This document shows, piece after piece, positions 47,638 through 60,000 of a stretch of 64,000 nt of DNA. The notes beneath the pieces are model-generated. The model did no database searches. It saw only the letters and a list, made by a program, of their open reading frames with translations, and was not told the DNA's origin. The stretch is from IMG/VR virus record IMGVR_UViG_3300025132_000025, one strand, 5' to 3'. The position numbers and the translations under genes are program-made. The DNA is from an uncultured virus (IMG/VR IMGVR_UViG_3300025132_000025) (Duplodnaviria > Heunggongvirae > Uroviricota > Caudoviricetes). The number at the start of each line of letters is the position of its first letter. The first letter of the stretch is position 1.

Positions 47638-50600
47638 ATGGCTGTAAATAGATTTATGAAACCTGCGGAGCAACCGCTAATGAATACATACGTAAGACTG
47701 CCTTTTGAGCAGATGTCTCTTGCGTATGGTCAAATACAAAAAGAACATGATGCAGGTGAAAAGTTAGCAGGAACTTTAGATGATGAGATACTTAAAGTAA
47801 GAGCATCTACTCCTTTGCATACCTCAGTTTTAGGACAAATAAGAACTAAATTAGATCAGGATTTAAGTGCGCTTTATGATAAACATGGAGGACGTTATGC
47901 AGATATGGTCCCTGAATTAACAGGTCTAAAAACAGCTATTGATCAAGATCTGAATGATGGTAATTTATATGCTATTAAAGAAACTACACGTATTCTTGAA
48001 GAGGATATGAATCCTGATATTCAAGCAGCTAGAAAAGAAGGTAACTATTCAGATATTTATAATCCTATCTTTGGTGGAGAAAGAGATTGGAGAAATTTCT
48101 ATTTACAAGGATTTGAATATGATGAAAGTGCAGGTCAATATGTACCACAAGAAAATGTAACAGAAGGTTATACTATGAGAAATGGTAAGCCTGTATTAAC
48201 TACATTTACTTATTCAGGTATACATAAGCCATCTGAACAATTAAAAATTGCAAATGAACAAACATTTGATAAAGTAAAAGCAGATTACGTAAAATGGACT
48301 CAAGAGAATCCTAATTCGGGAGAAACTCAGATGCAAGAAAATAAAGCTATAACACGTCAGAAGATATACTCAGCAGCTATGACTGATATGAATTACTATC
48401 CTGATAATATGAGACAAGAAGTTAACTTTGAAGTTTCGAGTATGGCTCCAGAAGAAAGAATAGGAGCTGCAATACATGCTGTTAATGCTATATATGGAAA
48501 CCCTGAACCAGGGTCAGATGCGTTGATAGAAAAGAATAAACTAATAGAGAAGATAAAGAATGATGAGGCTGTAGCTGGAATGTGGGCTAAGGCGGATTAT
48601 ATTGGATACATGGGTGAGAAATATGTATTTGGTGAAGAAGTTACATCAAGTGTATTTGATAACTCAGTCTTTAATCAAAATAAGTACCCTATTGAAAAAA
48701 CAGATTGGGTACCTAAGATTGGAGATCAATCAAGCTTCCAAGCAGGTACTGTGAGAAATGAGAACCATGAACCTATTACTAATGTAGATAGTTATATAGA
48801 TATTGTAAATAATAATAAAGATGTTTACAATACTTTAATCAATGAATACGAGACTACAAAGGCTAACTATGACTTAGATGATCCATATCATAAAGAGTGG
48901 GCAGATAAAATCAATATGGCTAAGTATCAGTATGAAGCTTCTGCTATGTCATTATTTAATCTAACACAACAGGCTGCAACTCAATTAAATGTACAGCAAA
49001 CTAATGACGGAATTAGATGGCAAGATGGATCAGGGAATTGGAAATATGTTGATAGATTCTTACCAAACGGAAATGTTAATCCTAAATGGGAAACTGAAGG
49101 ATGGAATGCTATTCAGTTTGATGAGGGAGGTAATATAGAAAAAGTCGAGGATATTAATGCGCAAGCTAATACTCCAAATGATAATATCTATAGATATATG
49201 GATCAAGCAAAAGGATTATTTAATAATGTAGTTGCATTAGGAGGATCTGCTACTTCTCAATTAATTAAGAAAGTAAATCAAAATGTATCTAATTCTGAAT
49301 ACTTTAAAGGCCGTAGTACTTCTGCTCATACACTAACTTCTACAGGTAGTAAGAAAGTAGATGACCAGTTAGCCGCAAAAATGCCAGCATTACTAGGAGA
49401 TGAAAGTCAAAAATTCTTACGATCTAGTGGAGATCAAATAGATTGGAAGCAATTAATAACTGACGGCGTAGTTACTCAGACGACTATGGATAACTTCCTA
49501 AACGGTGAGTATAATAATAATGTTGTATGGTTATCTAATCCTAATCCAGACGGGTCTTATTATGGGGCTCTAACATTACCTAAAGGAGTAGATGGGGTAG
49601 ATGGAACAGTAGATCTATTCTTTACTGCACCTATAGAAGTGCGAAGAACTTGGAGAAACCAAATGGAAACAGAAAGACTTATTGGTGATGGTAGTGGTAT
49701 GACTGAGATAATTACTAGGCCTAGAACTGAAGAAGAAAAAATGCTATGGGATGCTAATGAGTTAGCTCAAATAGATTTCTCTAGAGCAGCTACAACTCCA
49801 GGACCTATTGCAATGAGTTCTGCAGAGGACGGAGAAAACAATCCATTAGGATATTATTACTTTAACCAAGATCCAGATGGAAGACCTATTACAAATGAGC
49901 AGTATGTATTCCAACCAAGAGCTGGTCTTATAATGGATATAGATGCTAATGGAGATTATATATATACTACAGGTAATGAGTTATTTAATGCGGATACAGA
50001 CGCTTCTAGAGTAGGTATGCTTATAACACTAAATGATCCTCAATATGCAGGAGCTAAAGCATACTGGGCTAATCAATCAAAAGCTGATCCTAACCCTATC
50101 GCAAGAGAAGGTATACCAGTGAATGTAGAATCTGAAGCTCGAGGTGTAGATATAAGCGGAGCAAACTTCTCTACTACACTAAGACCTGGACAATTAATGT
50201 TACCTGAAGCTAGATTTACTCAAACAAGAGCAGCTAATGCTAATTCTCAAGGATTTGCTTATAATAAAATGATGGTAGGATTAAATGATAGAATGGCTGA
50301 GATTGTAGGATTTACTTCAAAGAATTATAATGATCAATTTGGTGCTACTTTAGCTAATAATATTTCTACTCATATGGGTAATGAGACAGTAACCTTTGCT
50401 GATGGATCAACATCAACAATAAATGATGCTATTAACCGAGGACTTTTAGAATTAGTTCCAGTTTCTAATGTAGATGGAAACTTTTCACTATCTTTGGCCA
50501 GCGGAGCTAGATCTTTCGAACAGCAAAAAACAATGTATGATGAATGGGTAGCTGGCGGAAAAGTAGGAGATCCAGTAGCAAACCCAGAGGCAGGAGGTTT

Positions 50601-51021
50601 CCATGTAATGGGGCAGGCTATTGATCTTTCTTCTAATCCAGATATGTATGATTGGATATTAGTTGATAAAAATAATAGTATGGTAAGTATAGGTACAAAC
50701 AATTCAGTTGGAAGTCATAGCACAGTAGAAGGCTTTGACCGAACTACTGGATCTGTTAACGGAGTTAAAGTTAGTAGTTTAGTTAAAGCTAATGGTACAA
50801 ATGTATTCACTGACTTTAATAAGAAGTCACTTACTGCATTATTTGATCAAATAGGTACAACTCCACAATCTATTAAAGATGAGCAAAAACGTACAGGTCC
50901 TTGGAGAGAGGCAAGCGTTTTACCTGATCTTAAACAATTTGATCAAGAGTGGTGGCACTGGTCACTCGGAGAATTAACAGGTGCATCCAGCGGATATGTT
51001 TATCCGTCATGGGCAAATTAA
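47638..51021 (+). CDS. Virion cargo/ejection protein 2 with C-terminal VanY-like M15 peptidase
   Basis: N-terminal NTYVRLPFEQM; C-terminal SGARSFEQQ...FHVMGQAIDL...EWWHW. Confidence 0.7.
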   Translation: MAVNRFMKPAEQPLMNTYVRLPFEQMSLAYGQIQKEHDAGEKLAGTLDDEILKVRASTPLHTSVLGQIRTKLDQDLSALYDKHGGRYADMVPELTGLKTAIDQDLNDGNLYAIKETTRILEEDMNPDIQAARKEGNYSDIYNPIFGGERDWRNFYLQGFEYDESAGQYVPQENVTEGYTMRNGKPVLTTFTYSGIHKPSEQLKIANEQTFDKVKADYVKWTQENPNSGETQMQENKAITRQKIYSAAMTDMNYYPDNMRQEVNFEVSSMAPEERIGAAIHAVNAIYGNPEPGSDALIEKNKLIEKIKNDEAVAGMWAKADYIGYMGEKYVFGEEVTSSVFDNSVFNQNKYPIEKTDWVPKIGDQSSFQAGTVRNENHEPITNVDSYIDIVNNNKDVYNTLINEYETTKANYDLDDPYHKEWADKINMAKYQYEASAMSLFNLTQQAATQLNVQQTNDGIRWQDGSGNWKYVDRFLPNGNVNPKWETEGWNAIQFDEGGNIEKVEDINAQANTPNDNIYRYMDQAKGLFNNVVALGGSATSQLIKKVNQNVSNSEYFKGRSTSAHTLTSTGSKKVDDQLAAKMPALLGDESQKFLRSSGDQIDWKQLITDGVVTQTTMDNFLNGEYNNNVVWLSNPNPDGSYYGALTLPKGVDGVDGTVDLFFTAPIEVRRTWRNQMETERLIGDGSGMTEIITRPRTEEEKMLWDANELAQIDFSRAATTPGPIAMSSAEDGENNPLGYYYFNQDPDGRPITNEQYVFQPRAGLIMDIDANGDYIYTTGNELFNADTDASRVGMLITLNDPQYAGAKAYWANQSKADPNPIAREGIPVNVESEARGVDISGANFSTTLRPGQLMLPEARFTQTRAANANSQGFAYNKMMVGLNDRMAEIVGFTSKNYNDQFGATLANNISTHMGNETVTFADGSTSTINDAINRGLLELVPVSNVDGNFSLSLASGARSFEQQKTMYDEWVAGGKVGDPVANPEAGGFHVMGQAIDLSSNPDMYDWILVDKNNSMVSIGTNNSVGSHSTVEGFDRTTGSVNGVKVSSLVKANGTNVFTDFNKKSLTALFDQIGTTPQSIKDEQKRTGPWREASVLPDLKQFDQEWWHWSLGELTGASSGYVYPSWAN

Positions 51022-51043
51022 GAACTAAAATTAGTTTAACATA

Positions 51044-54000
51044 ATGAGTGAAGAAAATAAGCAATCACCGATTATTCCACCGGTGAATACGACTACGAAT
51101 TTAGATCCTATAACTAGTCTACCAGTAGAGGCTCCTCCATTTAAAGGAACTTTACTAGAAAAGATTGATAAAATTGATGGAGGTTTTTACGGCAATAGGT
51201 TTAACAGACCTACTGTTGTTCCTGGGAATCCTTATGCAAATGAGGATGTAACTTGGGACGTAAAAGATTTTTCTGATATAGACCGAAAACTTTACGAAAA
51301 CCAAAGTGGATGGGGACAGTTTGGAGGATTCTTAATGCAAGCTGGTGTAGGAGAAATTCTAGGAGGTACTATTGAAGGCTTTGGTTCTCTACTAGATATG
51401 TTGGACGGTAGCTTAATGGATGACTTTGGTCTTGATACTGGATGGAATGATCAAGACTATGGTATACTAGATGAGATGTCTTCTAGTTTAACAGGCCTTG
51501 GTAAATATTTAAGAAGTAGCGCAGAAAGCGTTGCTCCTATATATTCTAAACCAACTGCTGATAAATTTAGACCCGGTGATGGAGATTGGTGGGCTAAAAA
51601 TGGAGTAAGTGTAGTATCTACACTCTCATTAATGATTCCAGGTTTAGCAGTAACAAAAGGACTTGGTATGGCAGGTAGGATGGCACGAAGAGTAAATGTA
51701 GCTACTAAAAATTTAAAAGGGGCTAAAGCCTCATCTTGGATAGCTAATAAATTAACTCTGAGCCGTACTCAAAAGTGGTTAACTAAGTCTGCAGTTATGG
51801 GACTTAGTATGCGTCATATGGAAAATTATAGAGAGGCTGGAGAAACTTATGGTCAATCTTATGATAAAAATTATGACTTTTTTGGTAATGATGAAAAACT
51901 TGATAAGTTTTTAGAGACTGCTTCAGGAAAAGAGATGTTGGAAAGTTATGGACTATCGCCAGACGATCCAGGAACTCGAGAAGCAGCGGCTAATTGGGTA
52001 GCAGGAAAAGCAGCTTCCTCATCTTACAATACAAATTATGCTAACCTTGTATTTGATATAGCACAATCTGCACTATTCTTTAGAGGTGTAGGTAGATCTA
52101 CTAGAGCAGGATTTTTAGGACATACTAAAAAGGTTCAGAAAGCACAGAATGCTGCTCTTAAAGCGCCTAAGCTTCCTAAAACAAAAATAGGAAAGTTATT
52201 AAATAAGACTAAAAGAACTAGAAATTTTCTTTTCTGGTCTGGTACTGAAGGTATAGAAGAGCAAATTAACTTTATCTCTATGCAAGAGGGTATACGTCAT
52301 GGAGATGTACTTGCAGGAAATACTGGTTATGAAGAGAATCCAGAATTTAAAGAAGGTAATTTTGTAGACAGATTAAATGACTACTATGCTGATGGAGAGT
52401 TATGGACAGCATCTCTTATGGGAACTATTGGTGGTGGTATTTTTACAGGTATATCTATTGCTAAGAATGCTAAAGCAACAAAAGCTAGAAATGCAGAAGC
52501 AATAAAAGAAATTGGGAATAGAGTTGATTTCTTAAGAGAGTCTTTAAAGAAGAGACAAAAAGCCCAAGAAATGGGAGATGAAAATGCAGTAAAGGAGCAA
52601 GATGAATTAATGGCTCTTGAGATGGCATTAAATGCAGCAAGAGCTGGTACAACTGATCTATTAATTGATATGATTAATGATCCTGTCTATGAAGAATTAT
52701 TAGGAGAATATGGAATAGCTGCAGAAGATGTAGCTGGAAATAGAGATGCTTTAATCGATACTATCTTAAAGACAGAAAAGAAATTTAATAAGTATGTAAA
52801 TGCTATAACTGGTACCAAATATAGTTATGGTGTAGCCAATGCTCTTACTCAGATGGATATGGCAGTTGAGATTTATGATAAGCTTATTAAAAGTGTAACT
52901 AATCAAATAGAGGATTCAAGTAATAATGATGCCTATACAAATGAGATGTTTTCTACAGGGCCTAATACTAAAGCTAGGTATGAGTTAAAGGCAAAAAGAG
53001 AAGCTCTTCTTAATCAAATAGAGCAGATGAAGTTCCTTAGAGATCAGGCTGCTACTGAATCTACTAACCAAGATCCTGAAGCATCGGATAAATCCCGTCA
53101 AGAAGCTAAAGATTTGATGGAGATGTTTGATGGTCTAATGGAGGGTGCTCAAAAAGAGTTAGGTAGGATTGATGCAGAGCAGCTTAAACTTGAAAAGGAT
53201 TCTAAAGAAAGTTATGAAGATGATGCTTTTAAAACAGAACAAGAGTTTTTATCTAAAGTAAATACAAAATCTAAACAAGCTCTTGAAGCAAAGAAAAGAA
53301 ACTTTATATTAAATAGAAATGCTGCATGGCAAAGAATGCAGGATATTTTAGATGGTAAGTGGGAGAAAGAAAAGGTAGACCAAGGCTTTGAAACTGAAGA
53401 TCAAAAACAAGAACTTAAAAGAGCTATCTCTGAAGGAAGAGAGGATATAGCTAAATCTACTATGGATGAGGCTATTAAACAAGACTTTAGAGATTTAATA
53501 ACTGATAATCCAAATGTTACTGAACAAGAGATAAGAGATTTCTTTGCTCAGTATCCAGACAATGCAGAGATCCAGGAATATGGTCAAGAGATGATTGAGC
53601 GATTCCTTACTATGCAGTCTAGACAAGAATACAGAAATGCAATAGAAGAGCTTAGAAGACAGGCTGATGAAGTGGGCGCAGATGTGCAAAGTGAGTTGGA
53701 CAAAAAGATGGAGAAATTTAGAAAGGATATATTTGATCCAAAAATTTCTAGAAGAGAATCAGCTCGTAGAACTAAACTTGAGCAGGAATATCAAAAAAAC
53801 AAAAGAGATTTTAACCTATGGTTATACGGAGACGAAGCAAGTAAAGATTATTTAATTAGTGATTTATTTGATGATATAACAAAGACTGTTCAAGTAGTAT
53901 GGGGAGATAAGATTGGTAGTCTTTACAGAGATGCGCAGACAAACGAACTTATTTTTAGAGAGGCTGATACTAATAAAGAATATATAGTTACTGAGAGTCT

Positions 54001-57000
54001 AAATGATAAAGTATTTAGAGATAGTAAGGGACAATTTACTAGCGGACCTACATTAGGTTATCTAGATATGCAGCTACTTAGAAGCGCTAACTTAGATATA
54101 GTACTTGAAGCAGATGGTAGAACATTCTTAATTGATAATGAGTACTATAACAATTTACAGAGTGACCCAGCAAATGCTATCGAATATGATAGTGAAGCTA
54201 ATATAGTATCAGTTACTTTAACCAAGTGGGATGGTACAAAAGTTACATTCACTAGTCCATCTGTTACATACGAATTAGCAGATGTAATAGAAACAATGGA
54301 AGCTGTAAAGCGTACTAGATTTAGAGAGCTAGTTCAGGATGACTTCTTAATCGTTGAACATAACGGAAAAGAATATATAGTATCTTATGAACAAACAGAT
54401 CTATTTACTGAGCAGTTAGTTGCTACTGATATAGATGGTGTGGCTATGCCTGCAGGAGAAGATCTTGAAGCAGTACTTAGACAAGCAAACTTAAAGTTAT
54501 CTACTGCTATACAAAACGAAATTAATAAATTAAAAGAAGTATACAATGAGATTAGAACTACTGAACAAGCTCCTGCCTCGAGAATTACAGGAGAAACTAT
54601 CAAACAAGACGAAGTGGGATCGAGTGAAATATCTGCAGAGCCTGAGAAACTCCAAACCTCTACGGCCACTACGACCGGAACCACCAGTAACACGAGTCCA
54701 GAGCAAAAACAATCAGAATCCAGCTTAGAAGAGCAGGAAAGATTGATTGATAATGCAGAAAAGAAAGTTGATGAGAATAGCAAAATCGATGAAGAAAAGC
54801 AAGATGACGCCGCAATTAATGTGGATGCGCAAGATCAAAACTCAGGCTTACTCGAAATTGTTGAAGCTACTTCGGGTGAGACATCGGGCCAAACTTCCGC
54901 GGAACAGGCGAGACCTATAGAAACATCTAACACTCCTACAGAAACAAGTAATTATATGCTTGGAAAAACTTATCCTCAAGCGTGGGGTAAGCAGTTCATG
55001 AGTGACATGACTGAATATGGGGAGTACCAAAATTTAAGAGACAAAGATGGAAATCTGATTGAAGAACTTATGAGCCCAACGGGCAAGCCTTATAATGTAA
55101 TAAACATTGATCAGTTAACCGGTCCCCAATTAGAAGCTATGAACAATGGCGATCCTATGTACCAACAGTTGTATATTTTAGAACCTTTACTAGGACCTAA
55201 TAATAACATACAGAAAGAAGGAAATAGGATTTTAGAAAGTAACAAATTAGTACCATTTAAATTTAATGGGAAGGCTGCAGTACGTGTACAAATAAAGAAT
55301 GATGCGGTAAAGATGTCAGAAGTCTTTGATACTAAGCTACTTAACAGTCCAGAACTAGGTGTTGGTACCAAAGTGGTACTTAGAGTAGAGCCTAACTGGC
55401 CTTTCTTTAAAACAGATCAAGCGGGAATGGGGGTTATAACTGTAAGGTTGGCCTCAAATACAGACATTATATTATCTGTATTCTCTGCGGCTAGCGGACA
55501 AAAGCCTCTTAATACGGCGATCAGAAAGAAGGTCTCTAAATTTATGAGGGAGAATCCAGGCCAAGATATACCTGCTACTATTGCAGGAAAGACAGGAGGT
55601 TATGTGATTAATTTAAAACATGAAGGTAAATCTATCCAACAGAATTTAGATATTCTTGGGCCAGATGTTATTTTTGGTATTGACTTAGGAGGCCAGGGTG
55701 TTAACTATAATAATACAAATGAGAATAACTTTGAATCAGAGTTTACTGAGCAAGGGTATTTGTATGCTAGAATTAAGGCTGCTAATGGGAAGTACATTCC
55801 TGTTAGATTACAAACTAATACACTAAGCGATAAAGCTGTACAAATCCTACTTGATACATTAATAGCAGACAATCTTACAGCAGAAGATAAGCAATTATTA
55901 GTTGAGCAGATAGTCCACTTACCTAGAGGTACTAATGCTGATGCACAATTCAAACTGGGAGGTAAAACAAATAAAACATTTGCTGCTAGCTTTGATGTTA
56001 CCATGGATAACTTCCAAATCAAGTTTCCTTTTAGAGGTGGTGTGATCGGTATTCAGTATAATATGGAAGGTAAAGACGGGAATGCTCGTAATAACTTATT
56101 AAATGCATTAGAAGGGAAAGAATTTTTATACAAAGCATATGATGCGCAAGGTAATATAATTCCTATTACAGGAAATGAAATTACTTCTACACACGAGAAT
56201 ACGGGTAAAAAGAATACACTTCGTAATAGCTCGGCATTACAAGTGACTCCGACAGAAGTTAGAGATGCATTAGTAGAACACCTTAAGAGTAAAGTATATA
56301 ACATTCAGAAAAGTAAAATAAATACAAAAGAAGAATATCGAAACCCATTATCAGACACATCATTTGCAAACTATGATACATTCTTAAAAGAGATGGATAT
56401 AGTTAGTACTGATATTCCTGGAGCAGGCCAACAACAGTTTAGCCATAGTAGATTGTATTTAAATATACCTGAATCGTCCTTTACTCCGGAAGATAAGACA
56501 GCTCCTGAGTTTATAAAAGATGATTCAAAAATAGAACTTATTCCTGTCCCTGAACCAGAAGGAGAGTTTGATGTAGTATCAAGCTCAGAGCCTAGCCTAT
56601 CAGATGTATTAGGAGGAGAACCTGTAATACAAGAAGAAGGAAATGAAGTTGCACAATCTAATGAATTAACAGATGTTGTAGCAGCATGGTTACAAACTCC
56701 AGAAGGAAGTTTAGATAATCAAACTGCAGAACAATCAGCTGGTAAATTTGCTGTAGAATTCTCTAAAAGATCTGAGTTAAGTAAAAAAATTGCAGAAAAA
56801 GCAGATGAAGATGTTACAGGAGGAGATCTATTTGATATGATAGGTCAGGGAATGAATGTAATGGATAAAGTGCAAAAAGAAATAGAAAGACAAAAATCAT
56901 CTAAATTAATCTCAAGTAGTCAAAATAAAATTTCTCAACAAATTAATGAGGTAGATCCAAGCAAAGATGATGACTTTGATATTAAGCTACGTCAGTATGA

Positions 57001-60000
57001 ACAAGTAGGCCCAGGATATGATCTTATGACAGAGACTGAGAAGCAGTGGGTTCTAGATCGATTTGGTGAAGAGGCTTTAGATATAGTTAATAGAGTTAAG
57101 TATATGACTCTTAAGGATGGAAGACAAGCATGGGGTTATTATCATAATGGATTAATGACTGTTGCAGAAGGCGCTATGGCCGGTACTGCGTATTGGGAAG
57201 CGTTCCGTCGTATATATGATCTACATTTAACCGAAGATGAAAAATCATCTATTGAATTAGAAGCTATTGAAAAGTATGGCCAGAATGCAGATATTGAAAC
57301 TAAGTTAGCAGAAGACTTTAAAGATTATATGTTAACTGAGAATGCGGAAGGATTTGGTGCAGCTATAAAAAGATTCTTTAGAGATCTTATGTATCATATC
57401 AAGAACATGCTAGGTATGCGAAGTGAAATCGAATACTTATTCAGGGATCTAAATAAAAGAGAGTTTACAAAGTATACTGCTAAAGAAGCTGCAGAGTTAT
57501 CACAAGCAAGTGCCCCTAAACTTAGAGAGAAACGAGGTTATAATCTAGATCAATCAAGAGAGATTGTTAAAAATATCAATTATAAATTAGCAGAAGCTCT
57601 AAAAGCTAAGTATGCTAAGAAGGCTGAAGATGCTAAGAATGTAACTGAGGCGGAGCGTGAGCAGATCAAAGAACAGTGGAGAGAGTCATTAACTAACCCT
57701 AATGAGTTAAAGGGTGCATATGAATCTATCAGACAACAATGGGAGGCTGCGGGTAAAAGATTATCACAGAGTGAAGATGTAAACCAAAAGAACAAAGGAA
57801 TCAATGCCGTGAATGCAACAAAACCGGATGTATGGTATGATGTACTTGATGAATTTGGTAATGTTATTAGCCCAGGATTCCAATCACTTGCTGTAAGAGG
57901 TTTACGTTCTCAGTTTGGTGTGAAGTATACAATCAAGAAAGGAGGAGAAATTAATTATACTAATCCAGTAGTAGAAGAACCTATTACAGATGAGGATACT
58001 GATATAGTTGAAGAGGGATTACAGTCTAAAGAAAAGCTGCACGGAGTAAACTTTTACAATACCCCGGTTAAGCAAACGTTATCTAAAGATATTAAGTTTG
58101 AATTAGGATTTATTACAGAACAAGATAGTAAAGGAAATACTATATATGGTAAAGTTCTTGGATTACCTACATACATGGAGTTTGATGAGGTATATGCATA
58201 CTTATCAGTTAATTTAGCTAATGTACCTCAAGGTAAAGTCATTGCTAAACTTGCTGAACTAGCTGAGAGCGGTCATCATATGGTAGAACAAGTTCTTCAG
58301 ATATATACTAAAGCTAATAAACAATGGCAGAATAAGTTTGTATCCCACTTTAATAAACAAAACATTAGATTTAAGACATTAATCTTAGCTCCTAATGGAA
58401 CAGTAAAAGTAGTACACACTAATCGTAATGGTTTAGAGCAGCAGATTATACGTAGATGGGTTGATAATAGAAACGAAACAGAAATTTATAACCCTACAAC
58501 AGGTAAAGAAGACGCGTTAAGTGCACCTGCTATTACTAAGCTACAAGAGTTATATGATCTAACAACAAAGCTATCTAGAGAGAATGCTAACAAGAGAGAT
58601 TACTTAAAAGCATTTAAAAATACATTAGATTACGCAGGTATTAGATTATCAGATGAGGCTTACCTAGCAATGCTTAAGGACGAGACTCTAACAGTAAGAG
58701 ATATAAATTCTTATATGGTAGGTAATAGTTCTTTCGAGCACATCATGAAGGCCCTATTAAAATTCCAGAATCCTTATATGAAAGGATCTGCTGAGACAGG
58801 AGCGCTTAGAAGACTTGCTAAATTAGATGCTTCATTTAGAATAGATAATTATGTTGCTTCATTTATGAGCGGTGCTAAAAAACCTATCTATTCTATTAAT
58901 TTAAATACTTATGACTCTAAGACTACATTAGAATTAAGATCTGATGAGACCTATGAGAATGCTATATTAACTAGATTTAGAGATAAGTTCTATAGTCCCT
59001 CAGAAAATAACAGACATGTTATCTTAGGATTACTATTAGCATACCCAGAAGTTAGAGAAGCTTTCCAGCTAAGTACTTTTGATGTAGTAAGAGAAGCTTC
59101 TAATGGAGGTAAAGCCTCTTCTTATTCTCAAATGAGTGACTCATTATCCGCAGTTACTAGGTTTGCTATGTTCTTTAATAGCGGCCTAAGCTTTGGAGAA
59201 TTTAACACAGGAACAAAAGGGGATAAAACTCAATCAAAATATATAACGTTACCTAAAATATCACCACGTTCAAAATATAATCTATGGAGATCTAATTCTT
59301 TAGGACGAGAAGGTTATGTGGATACCGCAGTAAACCTTTTAATGCCTGCTGTATTTGGAGAATTAGCCAGAATATCTAAAGTTAACAAGCAATTATTCGG
59401 ACCAAATCCAATATCATTAGATGAACAAATAGAGTATTTACACTACGCAAAAGAAAAAGGAGATAATTTAGGACAAGGTTTAAGATTTGTTCAGTTCCCT
59501 ACACTTAATACATCTGATTTCTTTACAGAAAGCGGTAGATTAAGAGAGAATGAAACTATGAATCTATCAGTAGAGCAGCTTACTCTAATCAAAACAAAGG
59601 TAAGAGAGTATGTAGAACAGCAGATAGAAGCTACACTCGAGACCTTAGTAGAAACTGGAGCAGTTAGTAAAACTGAGGGAGGTGTATATAAGAATGAGCT
59701 TTTACCTGGGCAAGCGATAGAAGGAAAGACGACGGCTGCAGAAGGTATTCTTCCAGCATTATTAGAATTCGCTATAAATGATATAGTATATAAACCTTAT
59801 ATCAGTACTACATTTGGTCCAGACTTAGCTTATTACAAAGCAGATTCTACAGGAAATCCAATAATTGAAGCAGGGAAAAGAGCTTATCAAAGTGTAACTC
59901 CAGGGATTGATGCAGTATGGAATGAAGATAAGCAGTATGGATTACCATCTAAATTTAATCATGCTATTATAGAGGATGTATTTGTAAATAGTGAAGAGTC

